DNA of 64,000 nt from Candidatus Poribacteria bacterium (GTDB lineage: Bacteria > Poribacteria > WGA-4E > WGA-3G), in assembly GCA_965205015.1 (NCBI GenBank), contig OZ242029.1, positions 1,216,001 through 1,280,000 of the forward strand, written 5' to 3'. Each line of letters begins with the position of its first letter. Position 1 is the stretch's first letter. Position numbers and translations under genes: made by a program. The notes under the pieces are model-generated. The model saw nothing but the letters and a program-made list of their open reading frames with translations, did no database searches and had not been told where the DNA came from. Below are positions 35,923 to 45,165 of this stretch, piece after piece.

Positions 35923-37885
35923 GCAGAACGGTTGTCTCCTTCGGTGTGAGTATCAACAAGATATGTTTCAGAAGTATCACGCCACGCTGATACTTCGCAC
36001 CTGTCAAACCGTGTTGATGCGCAAACTGAAGCCACTGCCGAACCTCCGTTGCCGTGAACATCTCAGCAATCGATTTTGGATACAGCGACGGCGCAGCATT
36101 CCCTTGTTCTACTGCCGCCGCAATGAGCAGTAAATCCTCCGCATCTACCACACCATCATTATTGACATCTGCCGTATTCTCACCCTTCTGATTCAGACGC
36201 GATGCAGCTAAATCCATATCCTCAAGATTCACAACACCATCACCATTGACATCTGCCGGGATTCGGACGGGTTCTACTACCTCGCCGTTTTCAGAACTCA
36301 CCGGTAAAACGTTGGCATCGCTATCTGTGAGGCTCACTTCAGAGAAACGCAGTGCTGAGGGTTTGACGGCGACCACTTCAAACGTAAGGGTTGCGAGCGT
36401 ACCTTCCCCTTGGCTCCCGCCATTCAGAGAGACCGCCGCAAGCGTGACCTGATTCTCATTGATGCGTGGCGGAATGACAAAAGCTCCCGTTAGCAGATAG
36501 TCAGCATTGCCGCTGGAGATGTAGCGGAGGGCTGTCGTATCGAACACCAGTTTGAACGCATATCCTGCGACGTTTTTTCCATTCACAATAGAGACGTTAA
36601 AGGTGAGTTGTTCTCCCAAAGCAGGAGACGCTACAGCGGAAGGGGTCAGGCTCACAACCATCTCCGTATCAGGCGTTTCGGTAGGTGTACCCGACCCAAC
36701 CACCTCGCCATTTTCAGAACTCACTGATAGAAAATCCGCATTCATATCTGTCAACTCGACCCCAGATAAAGTCAGTACTGACGGTTTAGCCTCAATCACT
36801 TCAAATGTGATGGTTGCTAAGGTGCCATCCCCTTGACTCCCACCCCTCAAAGACGTGGCTGCGAGCGTTACCCGGTTCCCAGCGGCAACAGGTGGTATGA
36901 AGAACGCTCCTGCCGGTAGATAACTCCCGTTCGCACTTGAGACATAGCGGAGCGCAGTGGTATCAAACTGCACGGTTGCTTGATAGCCTGCGACGTTTTC
37001 GCCCCCGGTAATGTTGAGGTTAAGGACGAGCTGCTCACCGGGTGCGGGGGACTGAATTGGAGATGGAAAAATGCTCACGGTTACCGACGTAGTAGACTCC
37101 GGAACGACCTCTGTGCCATCTGTTCCAACACCAATTCCTTTGTTAGCAGGTTCAACGGCGAGTGCTTGGGCATTGAGGAGTTTAGCATCACCAATTGCGG
37201 AGTGATCACAGCCGATTCCATCGCCGGCATCCCCCATGATAATTTCAAGTTCTCTCGCGTTGACAGGAATGTCAATTTCCACTTTGACGGCTTCAACGTT
37301 CCGCCCACCATCGGTACCTAAGAGTCTTCCAGATTCGAAAACCTCGTTTCCATCAATATTAAAGACGAAATGACCACTGCCACCGTGCCCACACTCACCT
37401 GGGTCCTTTTCATCTGACATGCCGATATAACCTTCAAATTTGAGGTAATCATCTCCACTTAAATCGTAGACGATGGTTGCGACCGCATGTGAGCCGATAC
37501 CCCGCTCAAAATAGACACCCCCGATGACGATTTCATTGCGGGTGCCTGCCCCTTCACCGATAGTGGCATTGTCTGTATCGAGCGGACCACCCCATCCCGT
37601 CCACTCAGCTCGCGAATTTTTGGGGTTAAGCCCGCACCTATTCGGTCTCGGTGTGCTACCGCCAATGAAGGTGAGATAGGTGACACCCGTTCGGTTATCT
37701 TCTCTAACAATCTCATCATAGTCGTTCTGGATGCCAACTTCTTCCCAACCAACCTCCCTGACAGGTTTCGCACCCCTACCATTTAAATTTGTGCAGTCGG
37801 CTTTACCGGCGTAGACGCTGAAAGCGAGTCCAACAGTAAGCATAACAAGGAGAACACAGAAATTAAGAGTTTTCAATTTTTTCAC
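35648..37885 (-). CDS. Secreted protein: NPCBM/NEW2 carbohydrate-binding domain, two cohesins, dockerin, FlgD/T9SS-CTD-like tail
   Basis: YFERGIGSHA..YDL..F.G.IG..DGIGCDH NPCBM motif; two cohesin repeats; ADVNGDGVVN dockerin; YPNPFNPETWIPY tail. Confidence 0.8.
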   Translation of the reverse strand: MKKLKTLNFCVLLVMLTVGLAFSVYAGKADCTNLNGRGAKPVREVGWEEVGIQNDYDEIVREDNRTGVTYLTFIGGSTPRPNRCGLNPKNSRAEWTGWGGPLDTDNATIGEGAGTRNEIVIGGVYFERGIGSHAVATIVYDLSGDDYLKFEGYIGMSDEKDPGECGHGGSGHFVFNIDGNEVFESGRLLGTDGGRNVEAVKVEIDIPVNARELEIIMGDAGDGIGCDHSAIGDAKLLNAQALAVEPANKGIGVGTDGTEVVPESTTSVTVSIFPSPIQSPAPGEQLVLNLNITGGENVAGYQATVQFDTTALRYVSSANGSYLPAGAFFIPPVAAGNRVTLAATSLRGGSQGDGTLATITFEVIEAKPSVLTLSGVELTDMNADFLSVSSENGEVVGSGTPTETPDTEMVVSLTPSAVASPALGEQLTFNVSIVNGKNVAGYAFKLVFDTTALRYISSGNADYLLTGAFVIPPRINENQVTLAAVSLNGGSQGEGTLATLTFEVVAVKPSALRFSEVSLTDSDANVLPVSSENGEVVEPVRIPADVNGDGVVNLEDMDLAASRLNQKGENTADVNNDGVVDAEDLLLIAAAVEQGNAAPSLYPKSIAEMFTATEVRQWLQFAHQHGLTGAKYQRGVILLKHILLILTPKETTVLPNYPNPFNPETWIPYHLSHAAAVHISIYAADGKLVRKLWLGHQAAGIYESRSRAAYWDGRNGLGEPVASGIYFYTLTAGDFAATRKLLIRK

Positions 37886-38018
37886 CTCTATCTGCTTTCC
37901 GTATCATCTTATGACTAAAGCAGAACTATACCACATTTTCCAAAAGAGGCAAAGAAAAAAATTTACTTCGGCTTAGGCGCATTATAAGGAAAAAACGAGA
38001 CCGTGCTGGTCGTTCGGA

Positions 38019-39023
38019 TCAACCCACCAAGTATTTAAACACAGAGGAAAGGTTATCATCAGGCGAATAGAGTTGAGAGATACTCAATTCGTTTTCGATG
38101 AGAAGTTCAGGGAGCCGCGCGTAGAATGCATCAGGTTTGGCGGTTTCTATGATAATGTCGCCTGATTCTTTTTTTTCGGTAGGCACAAGACCTCCCCCTA
38201 CATTCGGAATATTATCGCCATCAACAAAGGTAACGCTCAAAATATCCTCAAAAGGGAGACAGACCTGCGCCAAACGACGCGGTTCATCTGTGCTCAAATA
38301 GACTTTGTGTGGGTGTTCGTCAATCAATTCTCGGATATCGGAGATGGTGCCTTCAGCGAGAATACGTCCTTGATGGATGAGCAGTATCGTCTCTGTCAAC
38401 GCCTCAATCTCATAGAGGATATGACTCGAAACGATGATGCTAATATCCTGCGCAGCAAGTTCTTGTAGCAGCGTAAGGACATGCCGTCTCCCATTCGGAT
38501 CTAAACCGGTAAGAGGTTCATCAAGGAAGAGAAGTTCCGGTTCATGTATCAAGGCCTGTGCGAGTTTGATACGCTGCCGCATTCCCTTACTATAAGAGGC
38601 GATAGGACGATCCTTTGCCGGTAGCATATCCACTGTTTCAAGAACGCGTAGACTCCGAGATTCAACTTCCAATTTATCGTATCCGCTCAACGTGGCGAAA
38701 AAAGTGATAAACTCAAAGCCGGTCATGAATTGATACGCCACCTCTATATCCGGGCAGTAGCCGACCCGTCTCGTGAGTTCTGGATTATTCCATACCGGCT
38801 GGCTCAACACTTTGATCTCGCCTTGGTTGGGTTTGAGTTGCCCCGTCATGAGTTTAATTAAACTCGTCTTTCCCGCACCGTTCGGACCCAGCAAGCCTGT
38901 TATTCCTGGATGAATTGTGAGGGTTACATCGTTGACCCCCATCACTTCGCCATACCATTTGGATAAATTTTCTGTTTCAACGATTTTTAATTTTTCCTTG
39001 CGGCGTAATTCAGTGGGTTTCAT
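38019..39023 (-). CDS. ABC-2 type exporter ATP-binding protein
   Basis: GPNGAGKT, YSKGMRQR, LDEP, SSH motifs; start uncertain. Confidence 0.9.
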   Translation of the reverse strand: MKPTELRRKEKLKIVETENLSKWYGEVMGVNDVTLTIHPGITGLLGPNGAGKTSLIKLMTGQLKPNQGEIKVLSQPVWNNPELTRRVGYCPDIEVAYQFMTGFEFITFFATLSGYDKLEVESRSLRVLETVDMLPAKDRPIASYSKGMRQRIKLAQALIHEPELLFLDEPLTGLDPNGRRHVLTLLQELAAQDISIIVSSHILYEIEALTETILLIHQGRILAEGTISDIRELIDEHPHKVYLSTDEPRRLAQVCLPFEDILSVTFVDGDNIPNVGGGLVPTEKKESGDIIIETAKPDAFYARLPELLIENELSISQLYSPDDNLSSVFKYLVG

Positions 39024-39121
39024 ACTGAGAGTGCCTTCCACCTATCCGTCCTCCATTACATTACGGACTGCGGTTACGAAAATTAGATTAAGACAGCTAA
39101 TTGCTGACCGCCGACTGCCGA

Positions 39122-40048
39122 TTACTGACGGCTAATTTTCAGCGTCTCTTCAAGATTTTGGATGCCAGCAGTTGTACCGATGGCAGTAACACAGGCAGCC
39201 CCGGTTGCGGAAGCCAATTCCGCCGTTGCCTTTAGGTCCCAACCCATGATCGTCCCCGCAAGGAAACCGGCGACGTAGGCATCGCCAGCTCCGGTCGCAT
39301 CAACGGCATTCACAGGATATGCTGGTGCTATGTATTCCGCCTCTGGTGTAGAGGCGTAACTACCGTTTTCACCCATCTTTATGACGATGGTGTGGATACC
39401 ATAGTTACGCCTCAAAAATTGGACGATTTCTCGGTACCCAGATAGACCGGTGAGATGTTGTGCTTCGACGATGCTTGGCATAAACATGTCTACGTAAGGC
39501 AGGCAGGGTTCGAGGGTCTCCATCCACCTTCCTGTAGCATCATACGCTGTGTCGAGTGAGGTGGTTATCCCTAAAGTTTTTGCTTCTCTGAGGACATTCG
39601 CCATTGGTGCCCCATCAAAACGTGGCATGACAAGTGCCCCAGCGATGTGCAAAATTTTGACACTTTTGATGACGTCCCAATTCAGGTCTGCCTCACAGAG
39701 TTCGCCGTTCGCGCCGATGTAGTGATAGAAAGTTCGTTCGCCATCGGAGGCGACAGCGACGAAGGTAAAGGAAGTGCTGGCGCTTGCATCTTGGTGCATG
39801 CCGGCGGTGTCAATACCGTTATCCACAAGTCCCTGCAGGATTAGGTCGCCAAAAGCATCAGTGCCAACCTTCCCCATCGCACCAGCAGAGACACCTAAGC
39901 GCGTGAGGGCAATAGCCGTGTTGTTCGCACAGCCTCCCGTATGGATTTCGAGCTCATCAAAGAGGGCTAATTTTCCCTTTTCGGGGAACTGATCTATAGG
40001 TCGTCCCAACACATCAACGACATAAATGCCAAGCGATAGCACATCCAT
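39122..40048 (-). CDS. PfkB family carbohydrate kinase
   Basis: GGCANN, VGTDAFG, DATGAGDAY motifs. Confidence 0.93.
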   Translation of the reverse strand: MDVLSLGIYVVDVLGRPIDQFPEKGKLALFDELEIHTGGCANNTAIALTRLGVSAGAMGKVGTDAFGDLILQGLVDNGIDTAGMHQDASASTSFTFVAVASDGERTFYHYIGANGELCEADLNWDVIKSVKILHIAGALVMPRFDGAPMANVLREAKTLGITTSLDTAYDATGRWMETLEPCLPYVDMFMPSIVEAQHLTGLSGYREIVQFLRRNYGIHTIVIKMGENGSYASTPEAEYIAPAYPVNAVDATGAGDAYVAGFLAGTIMGWDLKATAELASATGAACVTAIGTTAGIQNLEETLKISRQ

Positions 40049-40116
40049 TTTTTTAACTATGGCCTCCGCTGAAAACTAATGACTATTCCCTTCGTCATCT
40101 GTACCACAACTTTCCC

Positions 40117-42084
40117 TCAACGCCCAGCATCAAGACGAAAAATTACTAAAGTTTCATGGTTTGTGTCAATATTCTCATCTGCTATCGTACCCGTAAAATC
40201 CTGAGAAACCCATCCGATGAAATAGGGTGAAGGATTCAGGTTCGCCTCTGTCGCGAGATACCGTAGCACGTAATCTCGCTGTAGGATTTGCGCAAACGCC
40301 TTTCGGACCCCCTTCAATTCCGCATCAGGCGGCATTTTCGGTGTCATGCGCAATCGAAGCCGCGTCATTGAAGGCTCGAATGTAGGCGGGGTTTCCACCC
40401 CCAATGCTTCTCTTAACGCGATATTCCCTAAGTAAACTATCTCTTTTCCCGCAACGCGCCACGTGTTTTCAAGGGTGTTTGGTAGGGGCGCGGTAACCTC
40501 GCCCCTACGATCCAACGCCAAGAATCTTTCCTCTACATACGTCGTTGGATGCCACGGGTCCATCGATAAATCTCGCAGTCGAACGCGTGAATCTTGAACC
40601 AAGGTCCCAATCTTTTGAAGGCGTTCCCCTTTTGATGCCTCAACCTCCCGATGACGAACGAACGTCCCCTTTGCCAAGTCAACAGATGTTTCGACACGCG
40701 ACACCGCTCTGAGGGAAACATAACTCAATAAGTGGGTGCGCTGCCGTTCAGGATAAACCGATAAAATTGACAATCTATCTGCTTTGACGGTGTTCGGAAA
40801 CCAGACTGTTTGCGCTGCTGCAATTGTAATCACCGAAAGGAGTACGAAGAGACATCCGCCTATCCAATAGGTGCGTGATTTTTGCCCCGACTTCCCGAAA
40901 TAGAACAAGAAACTCCCAAAACCCAGCAGGTATATTGGTAGAAGTATCATCAACAGTTTAATGAGCGGTACCCGGGTAGGCATCTCCGATAGAAAATGCT
41001 TATGAATTTTCTTCTCATGTTGGAGTGCAAGTGCGTATCGGTCGGCGAGGTGGCGCGGAGATTTACCGTGCTTACCCAGCAATCCGTGCCAGAACGTTTC
41101 AGCGAGCGCATCATCAGCATTGGAAACCCCTCCTACACTGTTTTTGGAGTGGACCCCAAAGGGAGGGACATTGTAGTCAAACGCGAAACAGAGAATCTGT
41201 CCATCGCCAAAGTTCCGTTTTGCGACATAAATCTGTTCCGCTGTGCCAATCAATACCTCACACCCTGCTTTCGGCGCAAATTGGATATGCTCAAAATGGC
41301 TGTCGGCGGAATAGTTATCAGTTTTCTTCACACCCCTTAATTCAACAGGAAGAAAGGGTTCTATAAAACTGCCTTGCAGGTAGTTAAAACTGCTACCGCC
41401 GGAGACAATAAGCGTTCCACCACGTTGTATCCAATCCAGCATCGCCGTCTGTTGTGCTTTAAGGATACGCCGTTCGGTTAAACGGACCTCACGCACAACG
41501 AGTATATCAACGGCATTGTAGCCTATCCAGTCGCGCGGCAAAGCCCTCGAATTTGGAAGGTACTTGACATGTACCTGCGCGTCTCCAGGAACCGCCAACT
41601 GTTTCTTGTCAATAAATTGTTTCAACTTGTCGCCGCTCGGAGCTAATACCAACACGAAGTAATCCTTGCGTGCAACGGGTGTTGGAAGCAGTATATCTTT
41701 TACCCGCACCGACGCTGTACTGCCTAACCCTATCGTCTGTGATGGTGTAAAGGGTACAAGTCGGATGACAAGCTGCGTAGCGTTTTTTGGGCAATAAACA
41801 TAGAAATTTTTCTGTTGTATCTCAAGCCCAATAAGGTGCAGTGACGTAGCGTAACGCTCAATAGGGATGTCCGAAGCAAAGTTCCGTACCTCCACAACCA
41901 ACTCACCCCTAAACACAGTGCCCTCATTGTGATTTTGTACAGTTACAGTTAAGGGTGCCCATGTGCCTACCCTGTAACCATCGCTGAATCCGAATGTCAC
42001 ATCTTCAATCTCTACGGCACCAACAGCAGCAGATACCGCAAAAAAAGTCAGAATCAGGATTTTTATGATATGTTTGATTCCCAT
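40117..42084 (-). CDS. Exported/membrane protein with GATase-like domain and two TM helices (possible ABC-associated component)
   Basis: Signal peptide; GYRVGTWAPLTV; DWIQRGGTLIVSGG; the track start at 42141 lies inside a repeat. Confidence 0.6.
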   Translation of the reverse strand: MGIKHIIKILILTFFAVSAAVGAVEIEDVTFGFSDGYRVGTWAPLTVTVQNHNEGTVFRGELVVEVRNFASDIPIERYATSLHLIGLEIQQKNFYVYCPKNATQLVIRLVPFTPSQTIGLGSTASVRVKDILLPTPVARKDYFVLVLAPSGDKLKQFIDKKQLAVPGDAQVHVKYLPNSRALPRDWIGYNAVDILVVREVRLTERRILKAQQTAMLDWIQRGGTLIVSGGSSFNYLQGSFIEPFLPVELRGVKKTDNYSADSHFEHIQFAPKAGCEVLIGTAEQIYVAKRNFGDGQILCFAFDYNVPPFGVHSKNSVGGVSNADDALAETFWHGLLGKHGKSPRHLADRYALALQHEKKIHKHFLSEMPTRVPLIKLLMILLPIYLLGFGSFLFYFGKSGQKSRTYWIGGCLFVLLSVITIAAAQTVWFPNTVKADRLSILSVYPERQRTHLLSYVSLRAVSRVETSVDLAKGTFVRHREVEASKGERLQKIGTLVQDSRVRLRDLSMDPWHPTTYVEERFLALDRRGEVTAPLPNTLENTWRVAGKEIVYLGNIALREALGVETPPTFEPSMTRLRLRMTPKMPPDAELKGVRKAFAQILQRDYVLRYLATEANLNPSPYFIGWVSQDFTGTIADENIDTNHETLVIFRLDAGR

Positions 42085-42194
42085 GATAAGACCGCCAATA
42101 ATCAAGGGAAAGCCAGAACTGTGATTTATGTGATTTACCATGATGATGAATTCTCCGCTAATCAGGATGAATCCTAAAAATCATAGGTCAGTCC

Positions 42195-43115
42195 TTATAC
42201 GAGCCGCGCTGGATTATGAACAAGCCTCGTTTCCACTGCATCCTCAAATGGATGCGTGCTGAAAACGCCGTTTCCTAACATAATCATGGAAGCGACACCG
42301 CCCTCCGCCTCAATTTGTTCGATTGTCTCTATGACGCGGGTATCACTGAGCAAGCCGCTCTCCACCGAAAACCGTTTTGATACCCTAAAACAGGTTTTTA
42401 ATTTATGTCCTCCTGACCTGCCTTCCATTTCATTTCGGACAGGCTTTTGGTTAATTCGTGCTTGGTTTTGAGGATTTGTGCCGAGTTCTTCTGTTTCACC
42501 GATAAGCGTTTGTAAAACGCCTAATGCAGCATCGGCGGCACGATTGATACGGATCGTCTGCTCTCTGTTTCCGAGGACCTCGCTGGTCTGAATCGGTCCG
42601 AAGTAGCGGTAATAGATAGGCTGTTCTGCTATCGGTAACCTATCGGCAACCAATGGCGCGCCTTCTCTCAACTTGACGAGCCACCCCCCGTGATATTGTG
42701 AACAGACATCACCCAATCCAGTACGATTTTCAACCTCTGCGACGTGCGCTATCATCGCCAGCGTCTCCACATCTTTACCCAGATGGAGCAGTCCATTGAG
42801 TGCGTATGCCGTCGCGAGTGACGCGGCCCCGCTAAGACCAAAGCCGCAACCGAGGGGTAATGGAGTCGTCAAGTCTACCTTCACACCTGCCACGCCTGCG
42901 TCTTGGGTGAGCCGATCCGTAACAGCCCGGACCGTCGGAAAATCTATGATCTGTCCGTTAAACAGCACGCTTGTTTCACGGTGCTCAGAGACGGTGACTT
43001 CTACACCCTCTTTAAGGGTAAACCCCATGCCGAGCGAGTGCATACGGGTTGCATCGGCGTGCGGAATAACTTTGAAAACACACGAAATGTTGCCAGGGGC
43101 AAAGGCTTTCACCAT
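42195..43115 (-). CDS. Archaeal-type pantoate kinase (GHMP superfamily, PoK/COG1829-like)
   Basis: AFAPGNIS..F, SLGMG, PLGCGFGLSGA, AHVAEVENRTGLGDV, SMIMLG motifs; start set at the MVKAF ATG just after the sulfatase stop. Confidence 0.8.
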   Translation of the reverse strand: MVKAFAPGNISCVFKVIPHADATRMHSLGMGFTLKEGVEVTVSEHRETSVLFNGQIIDFPTVRAVTDRLTQDAGVAGVKVDLTTPLPLGCGFGLSGAASLATAYALNGLLHLGKDVETLAMIAHVAEVENRTGLGDVCSQYHGGWLVKLREGAPLVADRLPIAEQPIYYRYFGPIQTSEVLGNREQTIRINRAADAALGVLQTLIGETEELGTNPQNQARINQKPVRNEMEGRSGGHKLKTCFRVSKRFSVESGLLSDTRVIETIEQIEAEGGVASMIMLGNGVFSTHPFEDAVETRLVHNPARLV

Positions 43116-43116
43116 T

Positions 43117-44520
43117 CTATACATCCCGTCGAGGTGAAGCATATCTCGGGTGGAAAGCACCTTCACCACATTGTCCTGCCTCAATCTTTGCCGCCTGTCC
43201 GCCACCGGTAACGGAACACCTTGCTCCATCTAACTCCGGTAAGACGTACCGCTGAAACCACGCCCCCATCTGCTGTTTCATGTCAGTTATACGGGCGTTC
43301 TGAGACTTGTCATCTATCAGATTTTTCCGTTCATCCGGGTCGTTTACCAAGTCGTACAACTCATGTGGACCATAAGGATACCTATGGACATACTTCCACT
43401 CCTGTGTTCGGATCATGCGGACGGGTCCGTATTCATCGAAGATAACGATCTCGTCTTTCGCGTCGTTTGTTTCCCCAGAAAGCGCGGGCACAAAACTCCT
43501 GCCGGGTGACATATCATCATTCGGATCGGGACATCCAAGATAATCGAGGAGTGTCGGCATGAAATCGTATTGGCTCACCATCGCTTCGCTGACACGACCT
43601 TCAGGAATACTGCCGGGTTGACTGACAATGAAGGGCACTTTGACGGAGTTTTCATACATATTCAGTGGGAATGTTCCGTTCCCTTTATGCCAAAATCCGT
43701 GATGTCCACACGAATAACCGTTGTCACTACTGAAGACAATGAGCGTATTCTCACGGATCCCTAACTCGGCAAGCCGTTCTAAAATGCGTCCGACGTTCAA
43801 ATCAAGTGCGGTAATCGCCGCGAAATAGCCTTTCAACGATTCACGATTGCCCATGTGCACAGCGGCACCTTGCACAGCCCACGGGTGCAATGCCTCCTGC
43901 GGACATGTTTTGAAGGGACAATCGTCATAGGAGTCAACAATGTCTTGAGGGTGTCCCGTAAAAGGTGTATGCGGCGCGTTATAGTTGACGCTGAGATAGA
44001 ACGGTCCCTCCCGATTCGCTGAGATAAAGTCCAACGCATCATCGGTGATGACATCGGTAAGATAGCCGGGTTGCATTTCAACTTGTCCGTCCCGGATCAT
44101 ATCTGCATCGTTGTATTGACTCCCGCCTGTAAGCAAAGTGAACCAGTGAGTGAACCCGTGTTGGGGTGTTAAACTATCGCCAAGGTGCCACTTACCACTC
44201 AGTCCGACAGTATAGTTATTATCAGCTAAAACATCGGTATAACATGTCAACCCATCAAGGTATTGGGCGGGGTCTGGCGGCATATTTCCGTCCCGGATCC
44301 AGTCGTGTACGCCGTGCGCTGAAGGGATACGCCCGGTCATGAGACTTGCGCGCGCCGGTGAACAAACCGGGCTTGTACAGAAGAAGTTGGGGAAGCGGGT
44401 CCCCTCCGAGGCTAACTGATCAAGATAGGGTGTTCGGACTTCATCGTTGCCGCAACAGCCTGCTGCCCACGGTCCTTGGTCGTCCGTTAAAATAAAGATG
44501 ACATTCGGTTTGTTTTCCAT
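43117..44520 (-). CDS. Sulfatase (Cys-type), no signal peptide
   Basis: PNVIFILTDD, CSPARAS..TG, GKWHLG, SDNG motifs. Confidence 0.92.
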   Translation of the reverse strand: MENKPNVIFILTDDQGPWAAGCCGNDEVRTPYLDQLASEGTRFPNFFCTSPVCSPARASLMTGRIPSAHGVHDWIRDGNMPPDPAQYLDGLTCYTDVLADNNYTVGLSGKWHLGDSLTPQHGFTHWFTLLTGGSQYNDADMIRDGQVEMQPGYLTDVITDDALDFISANREGPFYLSVNYNAPHTPFTGHPQDIVDSYDDCPFKTCPQEALHPWAVQGAAVHMGNRESLKGYFAAITALDLNVGRILERLAELGIRENTLIVFSSDNGYSCGHHGFWHKGNGTFPLNMYENSVKVPFIVSQPGSIPEGRVSEAMVSQYDFMPTLLDYLGCPDPNDDMSPGRSFVPALSGETNDAKDEIVIFDEYGPVRMIRTQEWKYVHRYPYGPHELYDLVNDPDERKNLIDDKSQNARITDMKQQMGAWFQRYVLPELDGARCSVTGGGQAAKIEAGQCGEGAFHPRYASPRRDV

Positions 44521-44556
44521 ATAGCATCCTCCAGTTTACTAATAAAGTGGGAGCGA

Positions 44557-45165
44557 TCAATTATTAGTTTCCTTTCGTAATTCCTCCAAGAGGCGGACAA
44601 TGTCCCGATAGCATTTATCAAATGAGTCGGCTTGACGGGCTTGTTCTATATCAAAGAGTGCTGCGAGTGCAGGTTGGTCGCGCTTTGGATGATACGTTCT
44701 GCCACTCTGCATTCGCTGGTTCAACCACTCCTTTGCCCCACGAATTGCCTCAGGGTTATTCGGAGGGTTAATATCGTTTTTTAACCCTCTTTGCCCGCGC
44801 AGCGACTCGGCTGCGGCAAGAAACCACGCCTCAAATTCATGTGCGGCAAGAACAACGGCAATAGGTACATCACGAAAAACTTGTGAGACTCGATAAAGCA
44901 ATGCGGGCCCTAATTCTGCTGGACAGTCATCATCGCTGTCAAGAATGATAAATACAGCACCTTGTCTCCCGATACTCCGAACTGCTAATCCGACTGCCCG
45001 CTCAAGTTCATCTGCCTTAAAGACCTTATTTCTGGGAATACGGATAGGGGTTGGAATGACAGTTATCAATTCAGGATAATGGCGTGCTGCCAAGCGTCGA
45101 ATCAAAATTGGTACGGCTTCCACTTCGCCGTGTCCTTCAACAATACATCCAATTTTGACCATCAT
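44557..45165 (-). CDS. DUF4276 family (TOPRIM-like) protein
   Basis: IVEGHGE, ILDSD, EFEAWFLA motifs; 4-bp overlap with the upstream ATPase. Confidence 0.8.
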   Translation of the reverse strand: MMVKIGCIVEGHGEVEAVPILIRRLAARHYPELITVIPTPIRIPRNKVFKADELERAVGLAVRSIGRQGAVFIILDSDDDCPAELGPALLYRVSQVFRDVPIAVVLAAHEFEAWFLAAAESLRGQRGLKNDINPPNNPEAIRGAKEWLNQRMQSGRTYHPKRDQPALAALFDIEQARQADSFDKCYRDIVRLLEELRKETNN

